Assembly (NCBI RefSeq): GCF_009834535.1
Contig: NC_045702.1
Span: 19,096,001 to 19,160,000 of the forward strand
DNA length: 64,000 nucleotides
Reading direction: 5' to 3'
From: Camelus ferus
Lineage: Eukaryota
Part shown: positions 51,015 through 63,683 of the stretch, in pieces
Position numbering within the stretch: the first letter of the stretch is position 1
Layout of the letters: every line of letters begins with the position of its first letter
Notes under the pieces: generated by a model
What the model saw: the letters and a program-made list of their open reading frames with translations, nothing else
Databases searched by the model: none
Told to the model about the DNA's origin: nothing
Position numbers and translations under genes: made by a program

Positions 51015-53199
51015 TATTATTGTTTCTTTTGTAACAGTTTGGCTCCAAGGCTACATAGACAGCAAGAAAAAGAGAAGCTCTGTTAAAAAAGCAAGTTGGA
51101 GTTTCCTGTCCCGCCTCTGTTAACCTTGATGAAGGATAAGGAGTGAGTTTATGATCTCTTTTCAGGTCCTTGGCTCCTGTTTAAAACACAGACTTCACAG
51201 ATACAACAGGACGAGGCATAGGTCTGGCCTGCTATATTGTTGAAAAGTGGGGAAGGCCTTCTCTCTATGTCTCTAGGGCCTCTTCTGAACCACCTGACTT
51301 GATTGTTTTTATACTGCACATTTGATCATTTTGTCCCCCACCACCCCACTGTTTCAGCACCATCTCAGTTCTCAAATTATACTAAATTTGGCCATCTGTA
51401 AAAGTGAATTGTATGTCCAAATTTAAGCAGTTCATGCAAAGAAATTTTTAGTACCTCCATATACATATTTCTTAAACAATTATATATGAGTTCCTATATA
51501 GTACAGATGAACAGAATTAACTTTCCAATGGCCCCCGGCACACTTCTGTGTATCAGCATAATCCTTGACTCCTGACACTGTCACCACTGGTCAGTGTATA
51601 GCTTGTTTTTAATTTACTCATTTATTTATTCTGTTTATTTCTAATATAATGAGCACCGATGAAGCCAGCCACCCAAAATGACACTCAAACATTGACAATA
51701 ATGTAAACCTCCCAAGCTTTCCTATCAAAGAATTCTACTTTACAGCATTTAAATCACAAGAATTCAAATAAGTAACATTGCTATAATGCTATTGAATTAG
51801 ACATGGAATTGTTTTTGTGTATATGTAGCTAGAAGATGTCTGAAAAGTTAAGGGTCACCCCCATCCCTTCCCTACCGTGCTTTAGAAGACTGACTCTAAT
51901 GTTGTGGGTCAATGAAAGAAATCTATTTCAAAAATGGAAGCCAAGTAGGGGGTCCAAAATCTTTGAAAGAGTAAAGAACATAGGAGTGAAGTCATCTTGA
52001 AAGAAGGATGTGTTACTTTTGGCAGCAAGAGTCAACAACTAAGTCTGCATCTGATTACCTACTGGCCTGTTAAGTACATATATTAGGTGAGATTGTGACA
52101 CTGGGTGGGGACAATGATTTACGTATATTAGAGAATGATCTTATGAAAAGGAGACGGGAGGGATCTCCAATAAATACAGCTGTTGAAGATTGGCAGTAAG
52201 GCCAATGCTCATTAGAGAGATCCAGTTGGCCTTGGGAGTTAGACAATAGAAGAAAGTAATTTAATGGAGAAGGAGGAGAGCCACCAAGAGACCAGGCACA
52301 GCAGGACACAACAAAACTTTAGAAGATGCCCACTAGATAGTTGACTTTTTCTCCCAACTACAGGGGAAAATAGCTGGAAACTATTCTGAAAACTAAACTG
52401 AAATGTGGCAAAGAACAAACCGAGGAGAATGGCAGACAGAAATCCTCTGACACCACCTGGTCTCATACATGACTAACACTTAACAAAACTGTCAGATGAA
52501 TGGGAGTTCATGAAAGCTTACAAGACAGTCTTGAAATGAATAGAGACAAATATCACGTGCTTTCTCAGGAAAGAACACTAGTTGGCGATCTTCATGAACG
52601 CCCATTCATTCACTCAGCAGGAGACTGAAAACCCGTGAGGCGGTATACTTAATCAACAGGCACGTGGTGAGATGGGAACAGGCTCTGTTTTCTGCGGAAC
52701 ACGTGTAGCAACAAGAGGAGGGGTGGTGTGTCTGAGTGGTTGGAGGTTAGTGTGGCTAGAACTACAGAGTCGTGGGGGTATGATGAGCCAGGGCACGTCA
52801 GGTGGACCCAAGCACTTAAGGGCTTTTTATAAGCCATTTTAAGGGTCTTGGTTGGACTGTATCTTGGTCAATATGAAGCCACGGAAGGATTTTTATTTGA
52901 ATTTATTAAAAATTTCTCAAATACATGCACAAGGTAAAAAATTAAATAGTACAGAAGGACTTAAAATGAAAAACATGGTTTCCCACCCCACCCTTTTAAC
53001 CCTAGTCCCGTACCCTAGACGCAATGCACTTAACAATTTCTATTTTTAGATATTCTGTTAACTAACTTCCTAACATTAAATAATACGTTTGAACAATAAT
53101 TTCTTGACTTATTAACTTTAGACAATCTTTAATAATTCCCCATTACAAAAGATAAGGATTTAACGTACGCAATTCCCACCTTTCATTTGCCTATCCTTT

Positions 53200-55250
53200 C
53201 CCAAGTTTTTGATAGATGTCATTTTTAATACCTAGGTTGGTTTCATTTATAGTTTTGAACAGTAGCTAATTCTTTAGTTCTTGTCCCATTGACTGTACAC
53301 TTGATCTTTTCACTTTGAATAGATACGTAATTCTAGTCTTCCTTCCACTCCACCCCCCCCACCGCCCCTCCACCTCCACCCACAACTAATCCTCAATCTC
53401 TTCCTGCTTTCTTTTTCCTTGTCAGGATTAACTACTTTGAATTTCATTTCTGAATAAAAAATTAAGCCATTCATATTTTGTCTATAGGCTGATCAGAACA
53501 CCAAATACCAATAAATAATATCTACATTATTTTGACTTTGTACATACTGTTTACTGAGAGCTAAGTAGAGCTAGGATATTTTCTTCCATACATATCCAGT
53601 GTCACGATTCCTGTGTCACTTGAAATGTACCTACCGCCGCTGTCAAATCGAGTCTCTTCTTACATTCTATGAGTATTTTTTGCTGTTGTTGCATAATTGG
53701 ACCTGAATTTGACGTATTTTTGTTTTGTTTTCTTTTTGTTGACTGAAGAATGTATCTCCTCTGTATTCTCAAACATTCCAGCTTCTCAGTGATACTCCCT
53801 ATGGTACATAATGCATATTCTCCCCAGGGAGCCCAAGACTGTGTACTCTCATCTGAAATGGGTCTCTTGGATGACTGTCACTCTAGAGTGAGACATCCTG
53901 TTGGATGACTGTCACTCTGGAGTAAGCCCATCCTATTGGATGAGTGTCACTCTAGAGTGAGATATCGTGTTGGATGACTGTCACTCTGGAGTAAGCCCGT
54001 CTGTTGGATGACTGTCACTCTGGAGTAAGCCCGTTCTGTTGGATGTCACTCTAGAGTGAGACATCCCTGTTGGATGACTGTCACTCTGGAGTAAGCCCAT
54101 CCTGTTGGATGACTGTCACTCTGGAGTAAGCCCGTTCTGTTGGATGTCACTCTAGAGTGAGACATCCCTGTTGGATGACTGTCACTCTGGAGTAAGCCCA
54201 TCCTGTTGGATGACTGTAACTCCAGAGTGAGACATCCTGTTGAATGACTGCAACTCTGGAGTGAGACATTTTGGGTGAGGTCCACTGTTTTCTGGATTCC
54301 ACTTCTTCCTCTTTCCCGATTTTCATCCTCATTTTGCTGGAGAACTTCCTCAAGGTACTTCCTCAGTAAGGGTGCAAAGAAGGTAGACTTTCTGGAAACA
54401 TGCATGTCAGAAAATTTCTTTCTTTTGACTTGACTCTTGACAGTTTGGCTTGCTGTGGAATTCTGGGTACAAGGATTTTCCATGTGAAGACACTTCTCTA
54501 TTGGCTCCTAGCATTGTGTTGCTGATGAAAAATCTGCTCCCAGTCTATTTTCATCCCTTTTCAGTTGAGTTAATTATGACCTAGTTTTATTTTCTCTCGG
54601 TACTTTCATTGCCTTCTTTATCCTTAATGTTCCAAATTTTCACAAGATTGTGTCTACATGTAGGTTGAATGGGGTCCCCTTAATTTGGAGACATAGTTCT
54701 TTCTGTTCAATTCTTTTTCATTTCTTCACCTACATTTTCTGTTCTCTCTTCCAGAAACTCCTAACAGTTAGATATCGATTGTCTATGTCTCTTCCCTCTC
54801 TTTATATTTTCTGTTTCTTTTTGCTCTGTTATCTAGGGAGATCAGCTTGACTTTATATTCCAGCCTGTCTCTAAATATTTCACCTTTGGGAAAGTTATTT
54901 CACATTAGGGAAAATTATTTCGCCTTAGGGTTCTTATTTTCAGGGTTTCCCCTTCTTTGTAGCATCCTGTTTTTATCTAACAAATACACCTCAGATCTCT
55001 CTGATGATATAGTTAGATTTTTAAGTTATCTTTTTTCCATGTTAACTCTGTTTCCCCCAGAGTTTGCTGTAGTTTTCAAATCTCCTGATTCTAATTGGTT
55101 ATTTTTCTTAGATAATTCTCTCTTGGTTCTTTCCCCAACCCCTGCTCCCAAGGCTCAGTGTCTGGGAATTCCTAGCTGACCATTTGCACTGAAGAATTAG
55201 TATGACTGCTGATGTTATATGGGAGTTGCTGTGGGTTCCCTCTGCCACTG
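53200..55250 (-). mobile_element. Ancient L1-family (HAL1/L1ME-like) fragment hosting the minisatellite
   Basis: cctcattttgctggagaacttcc...taagggtgc...catgcatgtcagaaaa...gacagtttggct...ggaattctggg. Confidence 0.6.
53867..54269. repeat. 31-35-bp minisatellite, 12 copies, with higher-order duplication
   Basis: Units ttggatgactgtcactct(a/g)gagt(gagacatcctg/aagcccatcctg); units 5-7 equal units 8-10. Confidence 0.93.
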
Positions 55251-55769
55251 TGTGGTCAGTCTGCTTCTCCAGCAAACCCTTCTATGACTAGAAGCACTTG
55301 GTTACTTGAGTAACCAAGATCTCAACTGTCAGTACAGAATTAGCTAATGGGCTAGGGGGTTACTTATTTCCACAAAAAGAGAAGTTTTATCTTGGAACAC
55401 GAACTCCTACCTCGCCTCAGGCAGTTTATTCGATTCCTTTATACAAACAACAATAGACTTTTAACTGAAACCAAGGGTAGATTGCCCGTGTTCTGTGCAC
55501 AATGGTTTGGGTAGAATGGGATGGGGTTCAATTTCACAATTAATATAATTCTTTAGTAGATAGACTTTTCAGATGCCCAAGTCTCTTTGGGGTTATGTGT
55601 TCAGATCAGCTTATTTTCTGTCTGAAAGGGAGCTTCACTCCTTCATTATCACTTCATCCATTTTCTCTCTTCCAGAAATGTGTTGAGATCTTCTTTACTA
55701 ATAACCAAATCCCTTCAGTTTTGTTGGCTGAGACGTGTCAGTTCTCTTTTATGTTTCTTGACTTCGGTT

Positions 55770-55779
55770 TCAGTGGGGC
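55770..55779 (-). CDS. TCAF1: TCAF1 terminal exon, coding part (G CCC CAC TGA, completing M-P-H-stop); the 3' UTR follows toward lower coordinates
   Basis: Pyrimidine tract and acceptor tttacttccctccctccctag|GCCCCACTGA; in phase with the exon 8 AT| donor; gives the ...TQMPH end I recall for human TCAF1. Confidence 0.85.
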
Positions 55780-56359
55780 CTAGGGAGGGAGGGAAGTAAA
55801 CTTACATGTTCAGTTCATCATCTTAAATTCAAAGTCCCACTGGAAATTTTTAGACAAGGAGATTGACATGGATAACTTGATATTTTTAAAAGGTCCCCAT
55901 GGTTGTACTGCTGAAAATGGCTTAAAGAGGGCAAGAATGAATATAAATATTGTTCTAAATGGCTGAGGATCTGATTTCTTTTCTGAAAACTTGCAGTGTC
56001 TGGGGCTTTTAGGAGTCAGACACTTTACCAAAATAGCCCATCATTCAAAATCCAGTAAGCTAGCAGGATGCTTTCATGGTGCCCTAGAGGGAAGGACTGA
56101 AACTTGAAGAACTTGGAACTCAGAAGACTAAAGGGGTCATCCAGCCCTGTCCACTGGGAAGCATGTCAGGAGCCTGCCTCAAGTCTTCCTTTGAACTGGC
56201 ATTTGGGATAAACAAAGGACTTCCTGTTCTGATAAAATCAGATGAGGGGCAGCCAAAGTCCTGGCAAGTAGGGACATAAAGGTCCTTCTACTTGCTGGTT
56301 GGTTTCTTCACTTACTCATTTATTTGGTTGTTCAAAGTACTGTAGTTACTAACACCTAG

Positions 56360-56530
56360 TCTGTAATCAGAATGCCTGGGTTCAAATCCCACATCTATCA
56401 CTTACTAGCAGTAAAGGCTTAGGCAATTTACTCAATCTCTGTAAAATTCAGTTCACTCATTTGTAAAATGGGAGCAGTAAGTTTCCATCCCGTAAGATTC
56501 CTGTGAAGATTAAATGTAACAATCTATACT
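56360..56530 (+). mobile_element. MIR
   Basis: cctgggttcaaatccc...cttactagc...ggcaatttactcaatctct...ctcatttgtaaaatggg. Confidence 0.75.
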
Positions 56531-57389
56531 TTGCACACACTCAACAACCCACCAGTTGATAGCAGTTATTTAAATGTTGAATGTTCATTCAGCGCCTATG
56601 TTTAAAGTATCCAGATGATAGATGTTTATGAAATAAGGGAAAATAATTCTAGGACTGAGAAATAACATGATAAAAGAATTCAAAGAAAAACACTGTCCAG
56701 GTCAAATCTTATTGTCTGTGCATCCACCCAATTCCCAATAAAGGGAAGAAAAAAGTGCATTAAAACAATTAAAATAAGTGAGTAAAGGGAAACTGGGTGG
56801 ATGTACACAGCAATAATCCTGGAGCCTCAACTCTAGGGGAAACGTCGAAGAAACGAGAGGTTCTGAATAAGATTGGAAGAAAAGTTAAGAAAATCTTTGA
56901 ATGCACTGTAATTAAATGAAATCTGGGTCGGCGGTATCCAGTTATCTTGTTCCAAAGTAAAGGTTTCTATTTGTGCATGGACTTTTATCTGCCAAACAGC
57001 AATAGGAATCTGTGTCACTACGGAAATACAAACGCTGTTACTAAGCCGGATGTCCCTTGTTTGCTAAGGACAAACACTGTCATGCAACTGTCCTGGTTTT
57101 TCAAGCAACCTCCACTCTTGACTTAATGAAAGAAGAGATTTTACCTGAAAAAGGGAATTGAAGAAGGAGACCAAACTCTCCAAGTAGGTTTAGAACCCCA
57201 CTGTGGATTTAGAGACCTTCCTTTAGACCACAGGGCAATGTACCAGAATCTTTTCAGAGTCACTGTATAAAGTGTAGGACGGGACAGGATTACTTCACTG
57301 CATCTGTAAATGCCATCTTAAAAGTGCAGTCCTGCTCCAAAACGATATTGAGTTGATCTGATAAAAATAGTGACAGCTGACATCTTCTC

Positions 57390-57600
57390 AGTACCTACTC
57401 ACTGACAGGTACTGTTCTAAGCACTTTTAGAGGCACTAAAATTTAATCCTCACAAGAATCCTATGAAACAGATCCCATTTTACAGATTAGGAAATTGAGT
57501 CACGGAGAAGTTAAGGAGCTTGCCCGGAGTCATACAACTAATTGGTGAAAGAACCAGGATTTGGATGTGGGGAGTCATCTGTGAGATGATGACCTTAACC
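57390..57600 (-). mobile_element. MIR
   Basis: tttaatcctcacaagaatcctatg...cccattttacagattaggaaattgagtcacggagaagttaag. Confidence 0.7.
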
Positions 57601-58328
57601 CCTGGGCTTTGGGAAGACAACGGGGAGTAGGAAGCTCACTACTCTGGACCAGCATAAAATAAAACCACGCCCTACAGTGCAGGCACGGGAGCCACACAGC
57701 TCCTCAGAATTACCAGAGTCTTCATGGCAACCCTGTGAGGCAGGGATCTTAACCCTGACCTCACATACAAAGAAAGGGGAGTTCAGGGACAAAATGACTT
57801 TCCTAAGAGCTAACCCTAGTTACAGGCCCTTCCGACTACACCAGACTGCTTTTCAAGCCACCCAAGATACAAAATCTATGAGTTATCAGGGAGCTATCTG
57901 AATATCATGGTAAATTTGTGTTTCATTTGGGTTCTATGGTCAGGTCTGGGGGGACATGATTAAAAATAAGAGCCCAGAGAGTCCTCAGGATGTCAAAAGG
58001 AGAGCCACCCTCTATGGGCTGTGGCCCTTGATGGTGAACCAAGGGCCATCCTAGAAGCAGGGGCCAACGCTCTCAGCACGGGCCCAGTCCAGGGACAGGA
58101 GGGAACCTGATGGCTGACAGCAGAGGAATGAGGCTCTGCTCCTGAGAAATTCTGATTCCACTTTTTTCTGTTTTCTTAACCCACTTCCCAGAGATACTGC
58201 TGAGATCCAGGGGCAGTGACCTGAGGGGGCAAGGCTAGGACCTAAGAGACAGAGGTCGAGGAGTGAATCCCCATCTCTGCCTACCTCCCCAGACCTCTCT
58301 ACCTGCCACCTCGCTGGGCACTCCTTAC

Positions 58329-58579
58329 ATCTGTGTGAGGAGGTACAATTTCATAATATTTTCCTTCCATTCGGGCAGATATGCCAGGCTGGTTGCCACT
58401 TCCTTCTGGATCGGCCAGGCCCAGGCCTCAAAGAACGGAGCCAGATTCTTCTGCACTTGGTGGGAGAACATCTTCACCCACAGGTTCATTTTGTCGACGT
58501 TGTCTGTGGGCAGGTTGGTCTGGTTCCTATACTCAGTGAAGAGACGGATGAACGGCTCCCACCCAAAGGCCTCCTGGAG
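58329..58579 (-). CDS. TCAF1: TCAF1 exon 8 (251 nt)
   Basis: cag|CTC CAG GAG GCC...ACA CAG AT|gtaagg; [17 protein letters not shown]...[12 protein letters not shown]. Confidence 0.93.
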
Positions 58580-60036
58580 CTGGAGAGAGAAGGAAGAAGC
58601 AGGATGAGCCATCTGGGCTACAGAAAGGAGACCTGACCAACACTCTGAATGGACTCGTGTATCTCACCCGTTAAACACCAGCTTCACACCCATCACCAAC
58701 CCTCTCCTGTTTGACCTGCTGGCCTTGCATGCTGCTGTCATGGTCTGAGGATGAGAAGGGCCTCTGAGCGAGCACGGCGCTCAGCACAAAGCAGACAATG
58801 GATAACTGCAGTGAATATTGTCAGGATTTACCACCACTTACTCATCTGTCTCACTAGATCATAAAAGTAGTGGTAGGATATGACACAAGGATTTAAAACT
58901 GGTTGAAGTGAAAAAATCCATTGTCTTTCATAGTTGCAAAGGTAAACTCCCACCCCTATTCTGCCATAATCTGCACTAATCATAGGTCCATGTCAATTTG
59001 CAAGGCGACTAAAATGGCTTTTGGGGAAAAAAGTGAGTTCAGTAGAAGCAGAAGACAATACACAGCCCAGGTAGCAAGAATTAAGAGTAAGGCGTCATTT
59101 TGGGAAAAGGCAGCCATCCTGAGGCTGGTGGAAAGAGGCCGTGTTAGGCTGGGTTAGGACACTTGGGAGCTCAGAGGGACATTAGCACTTCCATACTCAG
59201 CTGGGTTTCACAGATGAGGAACTCCTGTCCCTGGGGTGAAGTGGCCCCAATGACACAGTTAAAGCAGAGTCTCCTGGCAGCTTCACTGTCAGTTTCGTGG
59301 TGGAGGGAATCGACAGAGAGAAGTTGAGCAGCTGGGAGGACCAGAATAGTGTGTGCCGGGCCTGAGCCTGAGGTCCAGAGTCCAAGGTGATGCAACTCCC
59401 CATAGTGAGCTGGGAACTGATCCAGGGACTGGGGGGCCGGAACTGGGGTGTTGAATGATAACTCCAAGGCAAAGGCCACCCCCATGTTCAGGCCAGTGAG
59501 GAATCCTGGCTTGCTACTAAGGTGGAAACTGAGGCACAGGCAAGTCGTAAGGAGAAGATGGTATTTATCTAGGGGAAAAAATAGCTTCTATCCCACATAT
59601 TGTGTGTGTGTGTGGGTGGGTGGGTGCGTGAGGAGGGGGTGTGTTGAGTTTGAGAGAGCTATTTAAGTAGCACAGTTTGGCTTCAGTCTCAGGTGTGTCT
59701 GGGTTTAAAGCCAGTGATAGTAAGTTTATTTATAGTATTACATTTGCCTCTTAACATTTTTTAACCTTTTCTCAGTGCTTTCTATCTACTCTCATAATCT
59801 CTTAAAAATTCTGGGGTGAATGGTGGGGCTGAGATAATTAAGTCCACTTCAGGGTCATACAAAGTGACTCCCTGAGTGGCATCGGCAACCAGGACCCACA
59901 CACCTGGGCCGCGTCAGGGCCTCCCTCGGCCTGGTGTGGGAAGCAGATTAGTGTGAGGGCCCCTGGGCAGTCGCAAAACCATATGCTCAGGGTCCCCACA
60001 GTGGGGCTCCCACCACCCCCCATGCTGGCCCAGCAC

Positions 60037-60374
60037 CTGCAAGTACGTTTCCAGGGCCGTCCACGCATTCCAGTTTTTCACATTGGGACCCTTGCCCAGG
60101 TAGATTCTGACTCTCTTCTCCCGAACTGGGGGCCACAGAGCGATGTTGGCTCGTCCGCGAGGGATGCCCAGGACCGTCTCGTGCACGTAGACACACCACA
60201 GGTTGCAGGTGGCCTCGGTGGTGTGTGGAGGGAACTCCCACTCCTGCCGCTGCTGGTTGCGGCCCAGCTCGTGCACAGGGCCCCAGAGACCCTTGGTTCT
60301 GATGAGTTTCTCATTGATGAGCTCCTGCACCGACTCCAGGTGGCACATGATGGGGTACCCCGCGTGCATCCAGC
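60037..60374 (-). CDS. TCAF1: TCAF1 exon 7 (338 nt), M60-like peptidase core with degenerate HELGR motif
   Basis: cag|GC TGG ATG CAC...TTG CAG|gtgctg; [41 protein letters not shown]...ALETYLQ. Confidence 0.96.
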
Positions 60375-61454
60375 CTGGGAAAGGCAGGACAGGGAAGAGA
60401 AGGTTAGAATGCTTCCCACCCACCTTACAGAATTCTTCTCTGACTTGCATCTCCCGAAACTCCCCGTCATCCCCAATGACTTCCAGAACTCGGTGATGCT
60501 CAGAAAGGCAACCCAAACCCAGACCCTCCCAGGCTTTCCTCCTTCTCCTCTCATTCTGTAATAATGCCTGCATCCTCACTCTGACTGGCTGTGGGAGGTG
60601 AGGCAGGTATATATCGCCGCTCATGCTACTGTTCAGTTCTTCTGTTTCTAGGAGAGTGCCTTGTCCACCTGAACCTGTCATTACACTCCCTTCTCAGAAT
60701 TAAGAACTTGTTGAAGGCATGTTCCCTTCTCATTATTTAGAAGTGGACTTGCCCACCTGACACTACTCTACACTGATCACCTATGTAAGCCAAGCAAGCT
60801 AGCGTCCAGAGAGATTTCCGTGGTTCTTAAATTTCTATACCTCCCCCTCATTTTTTAGGGCTTTTGACCCACTGGCAAAGATCTTTTTATTCAGTGCCTT
60901 CTCGAAGTTGTTAAATTCCTTCTTCCAGCAACTGTGATCTAGGAAGAGGCCCTCCGCCATTTTTAGCCACCCCTTGAAGTCCCCTGATGGACATCTGTCA
61001 AAGCCCTGCATGTATTTTCTGCACCATCCAGACTGGCTGACAGCATCCCTTGACATGTTGACTTAAATGGTTACATATTTTAACATACTCCATACTTACA
61101 GTTCTAGGATCTGCTTTTTTGGTCACATAATCTCATCATATTTCCTTTAGCCATCAAAATATCACTTTAAATGTCTTCCTTAATGTCCATTGAAGGTACA
61201 CATAATACATTACATAACTGTTCCACAAATGTTGGACATTTAGGTAGTTTCCAATTTTTCTGCTTGGGAAGATGGCCAAGTCTTTTTTTTTTTTTTTTTT
61301 AATGTATTTTTCCCTTTTGATTTAAACAGCAAGGATTACATCTATGTCCTGCTAGAAAAACATTTTTACCCTGGTGGCTGCCCACTGCGTGGATGTTGTA
61401 AAACAGGAAGGCCCCGAGGGGCAGCATGCACAGAGGTTCGCCCCGGGTACCCAC

Positions 61455-61694
61455 CAACTGAGATCTGCACGTCGGCCACGATCCTCTGAGGCAGACGCAG
61501 TGGGAAGGGCTCGGCCCCCAGCCGGGCCACGGCCTGCATCACCTCGTCCCAGAGGCGAAGCAGTGGCTCAGGGTTATCCAGAGTGCGAAGGTTGGCAGTT
61601 GGCACAGTCAAGATGATGTTGTCCGTAGCCAGCTCTCCCCAGGGGCCTGGATTCTCCTGGATACGCCTTTTCCACTCCTCCTGGGATGTTTCCC
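61455..61694 (-). CDS. TCAF1: TCAF1 exon 6 (240 nt)
   Basis: cag|GG GAA ACA TCC...TCA GTT G|gtgggt; [31 protein letters not shown]...ADVQISV. Confidence 0.95.
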
Positions 61695-62007
61695 CTGGAA
61701 GAAAGGCCACAGGGCTTGAAACTCACTTTCTCAAACCCCTTGGACATTAACACGTGCAACTTGAACACCAGGAGGAGAACATCAAGGCCATGAACAGCCC
61801 GACCCCACCTCTGTCCCTCTTCTGCAAAGTTCCCGTGGATGCGAAGCGGTTTGGTCTTCATCTCCTTTGCCCCAAAGCTGAAGCTATGGAAGGCTACCTC
61901 CCGTCCCTCCACCAGTCTGCGTCTCTTCCTACACCAGCAGCCCCAGATGACCACCTCGCCCCCAGCTCTCCCTGTCCCTCGGGGCTGGCTCCGGGGCCTC
62001 CCCTCAC

Positions 62008-62221
62008 CCAGCTTGTAGTAGGGGGCACGCACAGCCCCCTTAACGGTGACGGGCACAGCGCCCAGCTTGCTGCTCTGAGGCACGATGATGTAGAGGAGGC
62101 CGCCCCAGAGGCAGGTGATCGACTTCGTGGGCTTGTCCAGGCAGCAGCGGTTAATCACAAGTGGGCCTCGGAACAGCTTGCTGGCCCTGGTCAGGTCGTC
62201 AGTGTGGCAGCCAATCTGTAC
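62008..62221 (-). CDS. TCAF1: TCAF1 exon 5 (214 nt)
   Basis: cag|GTA CAG ATT GGC...AAG CTG G|gtgagg; [22 protein letters not shown]...YYKL. Confidence 0.95.
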
Positions 62222-63084
62222 CTGGGGCAGAGAGATCCCCCAAGTCACCATGGGGTGTGTGTAGTCAGAAGGAGAAAGTGCCCAGGATGTGGGGACAGGA
62301 AGGGTCATAGGGCCCCATGCAAGCCCAAGCATCTCACCACTTATGAACCATATCTGCTAAACCCATCCTTTGAGGTCACATGGACCAGATGTGTAAATCC
62401 CCTCTCTGGGTGGGGGGGTCAAACAGCTCCACAAAGGGTCATGCTGAGACGCCGTGTGAGGGGCAACAGGTGTGACCCACAGGCTAATTCTGAGGAGGGC
62501 GACTCCCACACATTATCCCTTGGTGTCTTTGTAGCAGAATTGTAGGCTGCCTATTCCCTGGTGGTGATTTTGGCTTTGGGAGTGGGCAGAGGGGATCCTG
62601 CCTTTTGCTGACCAGAGAGAAGGCCCAGTGGGAAGGCAGTGTGATCAATGGATGAGCGGAGGGTTGATTCCCTTCCTCCCATTCACCAAGGCCCCCCGTT
62701 CCTGGGCCGATGGAGTGACCCCTGCCTTTGGAGGAGTCCTGGGACTGTTTTCCCGGGTTTATGCTAAACAAGTTCCAGGATAGATATAGGCACAGAACAG
62801 ACTCTAAATATCAGGGTGACCCTCAAAGGGGACAGAGCAGGACAGCAGCTTAATTTTGTGAACAGGGTGTGTGTATGTGAAAGTGACAGTGAAGGTGGGC
62901 TGGGCAGGTGAGGAACAGCCTGTGGCATCGCAGGGAAGAAGCTGACGTCAGAAGGGCCTCGTGCTCCAATGTGAGATGTACACAGCACGGAACATGAACG
63001 AGGATTTACTGGACGCTACTGTGTGCGAGGGCACCTTCCACTTGGTACCTTCCTTATTCCCCATCTTATGATGTAAACTAAAAG

Positions 63085-63275
63085 CACGGGGACCTGAGCC
63101 AGACGTCGGTTAGGTTTGAGTCCTAGACTCTGAAATGTGTCAGGTCCATACATTTAAATCAGTTAGCTGTTCTGTACCTTAGTTGCCCTGTTCTTAAAAT
63201 GGAGGTAAAGGTACGTGCCCTGTATCACCAATAGGGTTTGTAGGAGGATCAAACAAGATGCCGACTGTGAAAGCA
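63085..63275 (+). mobile_element. MIR
   Basis: ggtttgagtcctagactctg...cttagttgccctgttcttaaaatggagg...gtttgtaggaggatcaaacaagatg. Confidence 0.6.
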
Positions 63276-63326
63276 GGAGCATCTAGGTTCTGTGTTACGT
63301 ACGTAGCGAGATCAGGCATGCCTTAC

Positions 63327-63424
63327 CTTCAGGTCAGCAGAGGCAGCAGCTTCGGGCAATGAGACCTCTATAATTTGCCTTCCTGGTATGTAGAGCCCGG
63401 TACTCATCCAGCAATACCTGGTGC
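63327..63424 (-). CDS. TCAF1: TCAF1 exon 4 (98 nt)
   Basis: ag|GC ACC AGG TAT...CTG AAG|gtaagg; [32 protein letters not shown]; phase 1 to 0. Confidence 0.95.
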
Positions 63425-63683
63425 CTGCCAAAAGCAAAGGAGGAGCAGGCGTCACCCCTCCTCCAGGATGCCACCTCCACCCAGCTTCCAGGGTCCCTTC
63501 AAGAGCTCTGCATGCTGCCTCCCCCTCTGTGCTCCCTTGGCTGCACTCTTCCATTACCCGAACCCCCAACCCCCATCTTCTTGAGAGTGCCTGGCAGAGG
63601 ACGGAGATGGCCCCTGGGAGGCAATCAGACCCTGTCCTGTCCCCCAGGTCCCCACCCGCTGGCTCCCTCCCCTCCTTCCACAC

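Noticed and set aside
53867-54269. CRISPR-like array of ~35-bp palindromic repeats
   Set aside because: Units are head-to-tail with no unique spacers, there are no cas genes, and the context is a mammalian intron-containing locus.
54046-54483. 145-aa and 68-aa repetitive ORFs
   Set aside because: They arise from the minisatellite and surrounding old L1 sequence; no splice or homology support.
58325-58327. TAA as the sole TCAF1 stop, as in the ORF track
   Set aside because: It overlaps a good donor (AT|gtaagg), and an in-phase downstream exon supplies MPH-stop.
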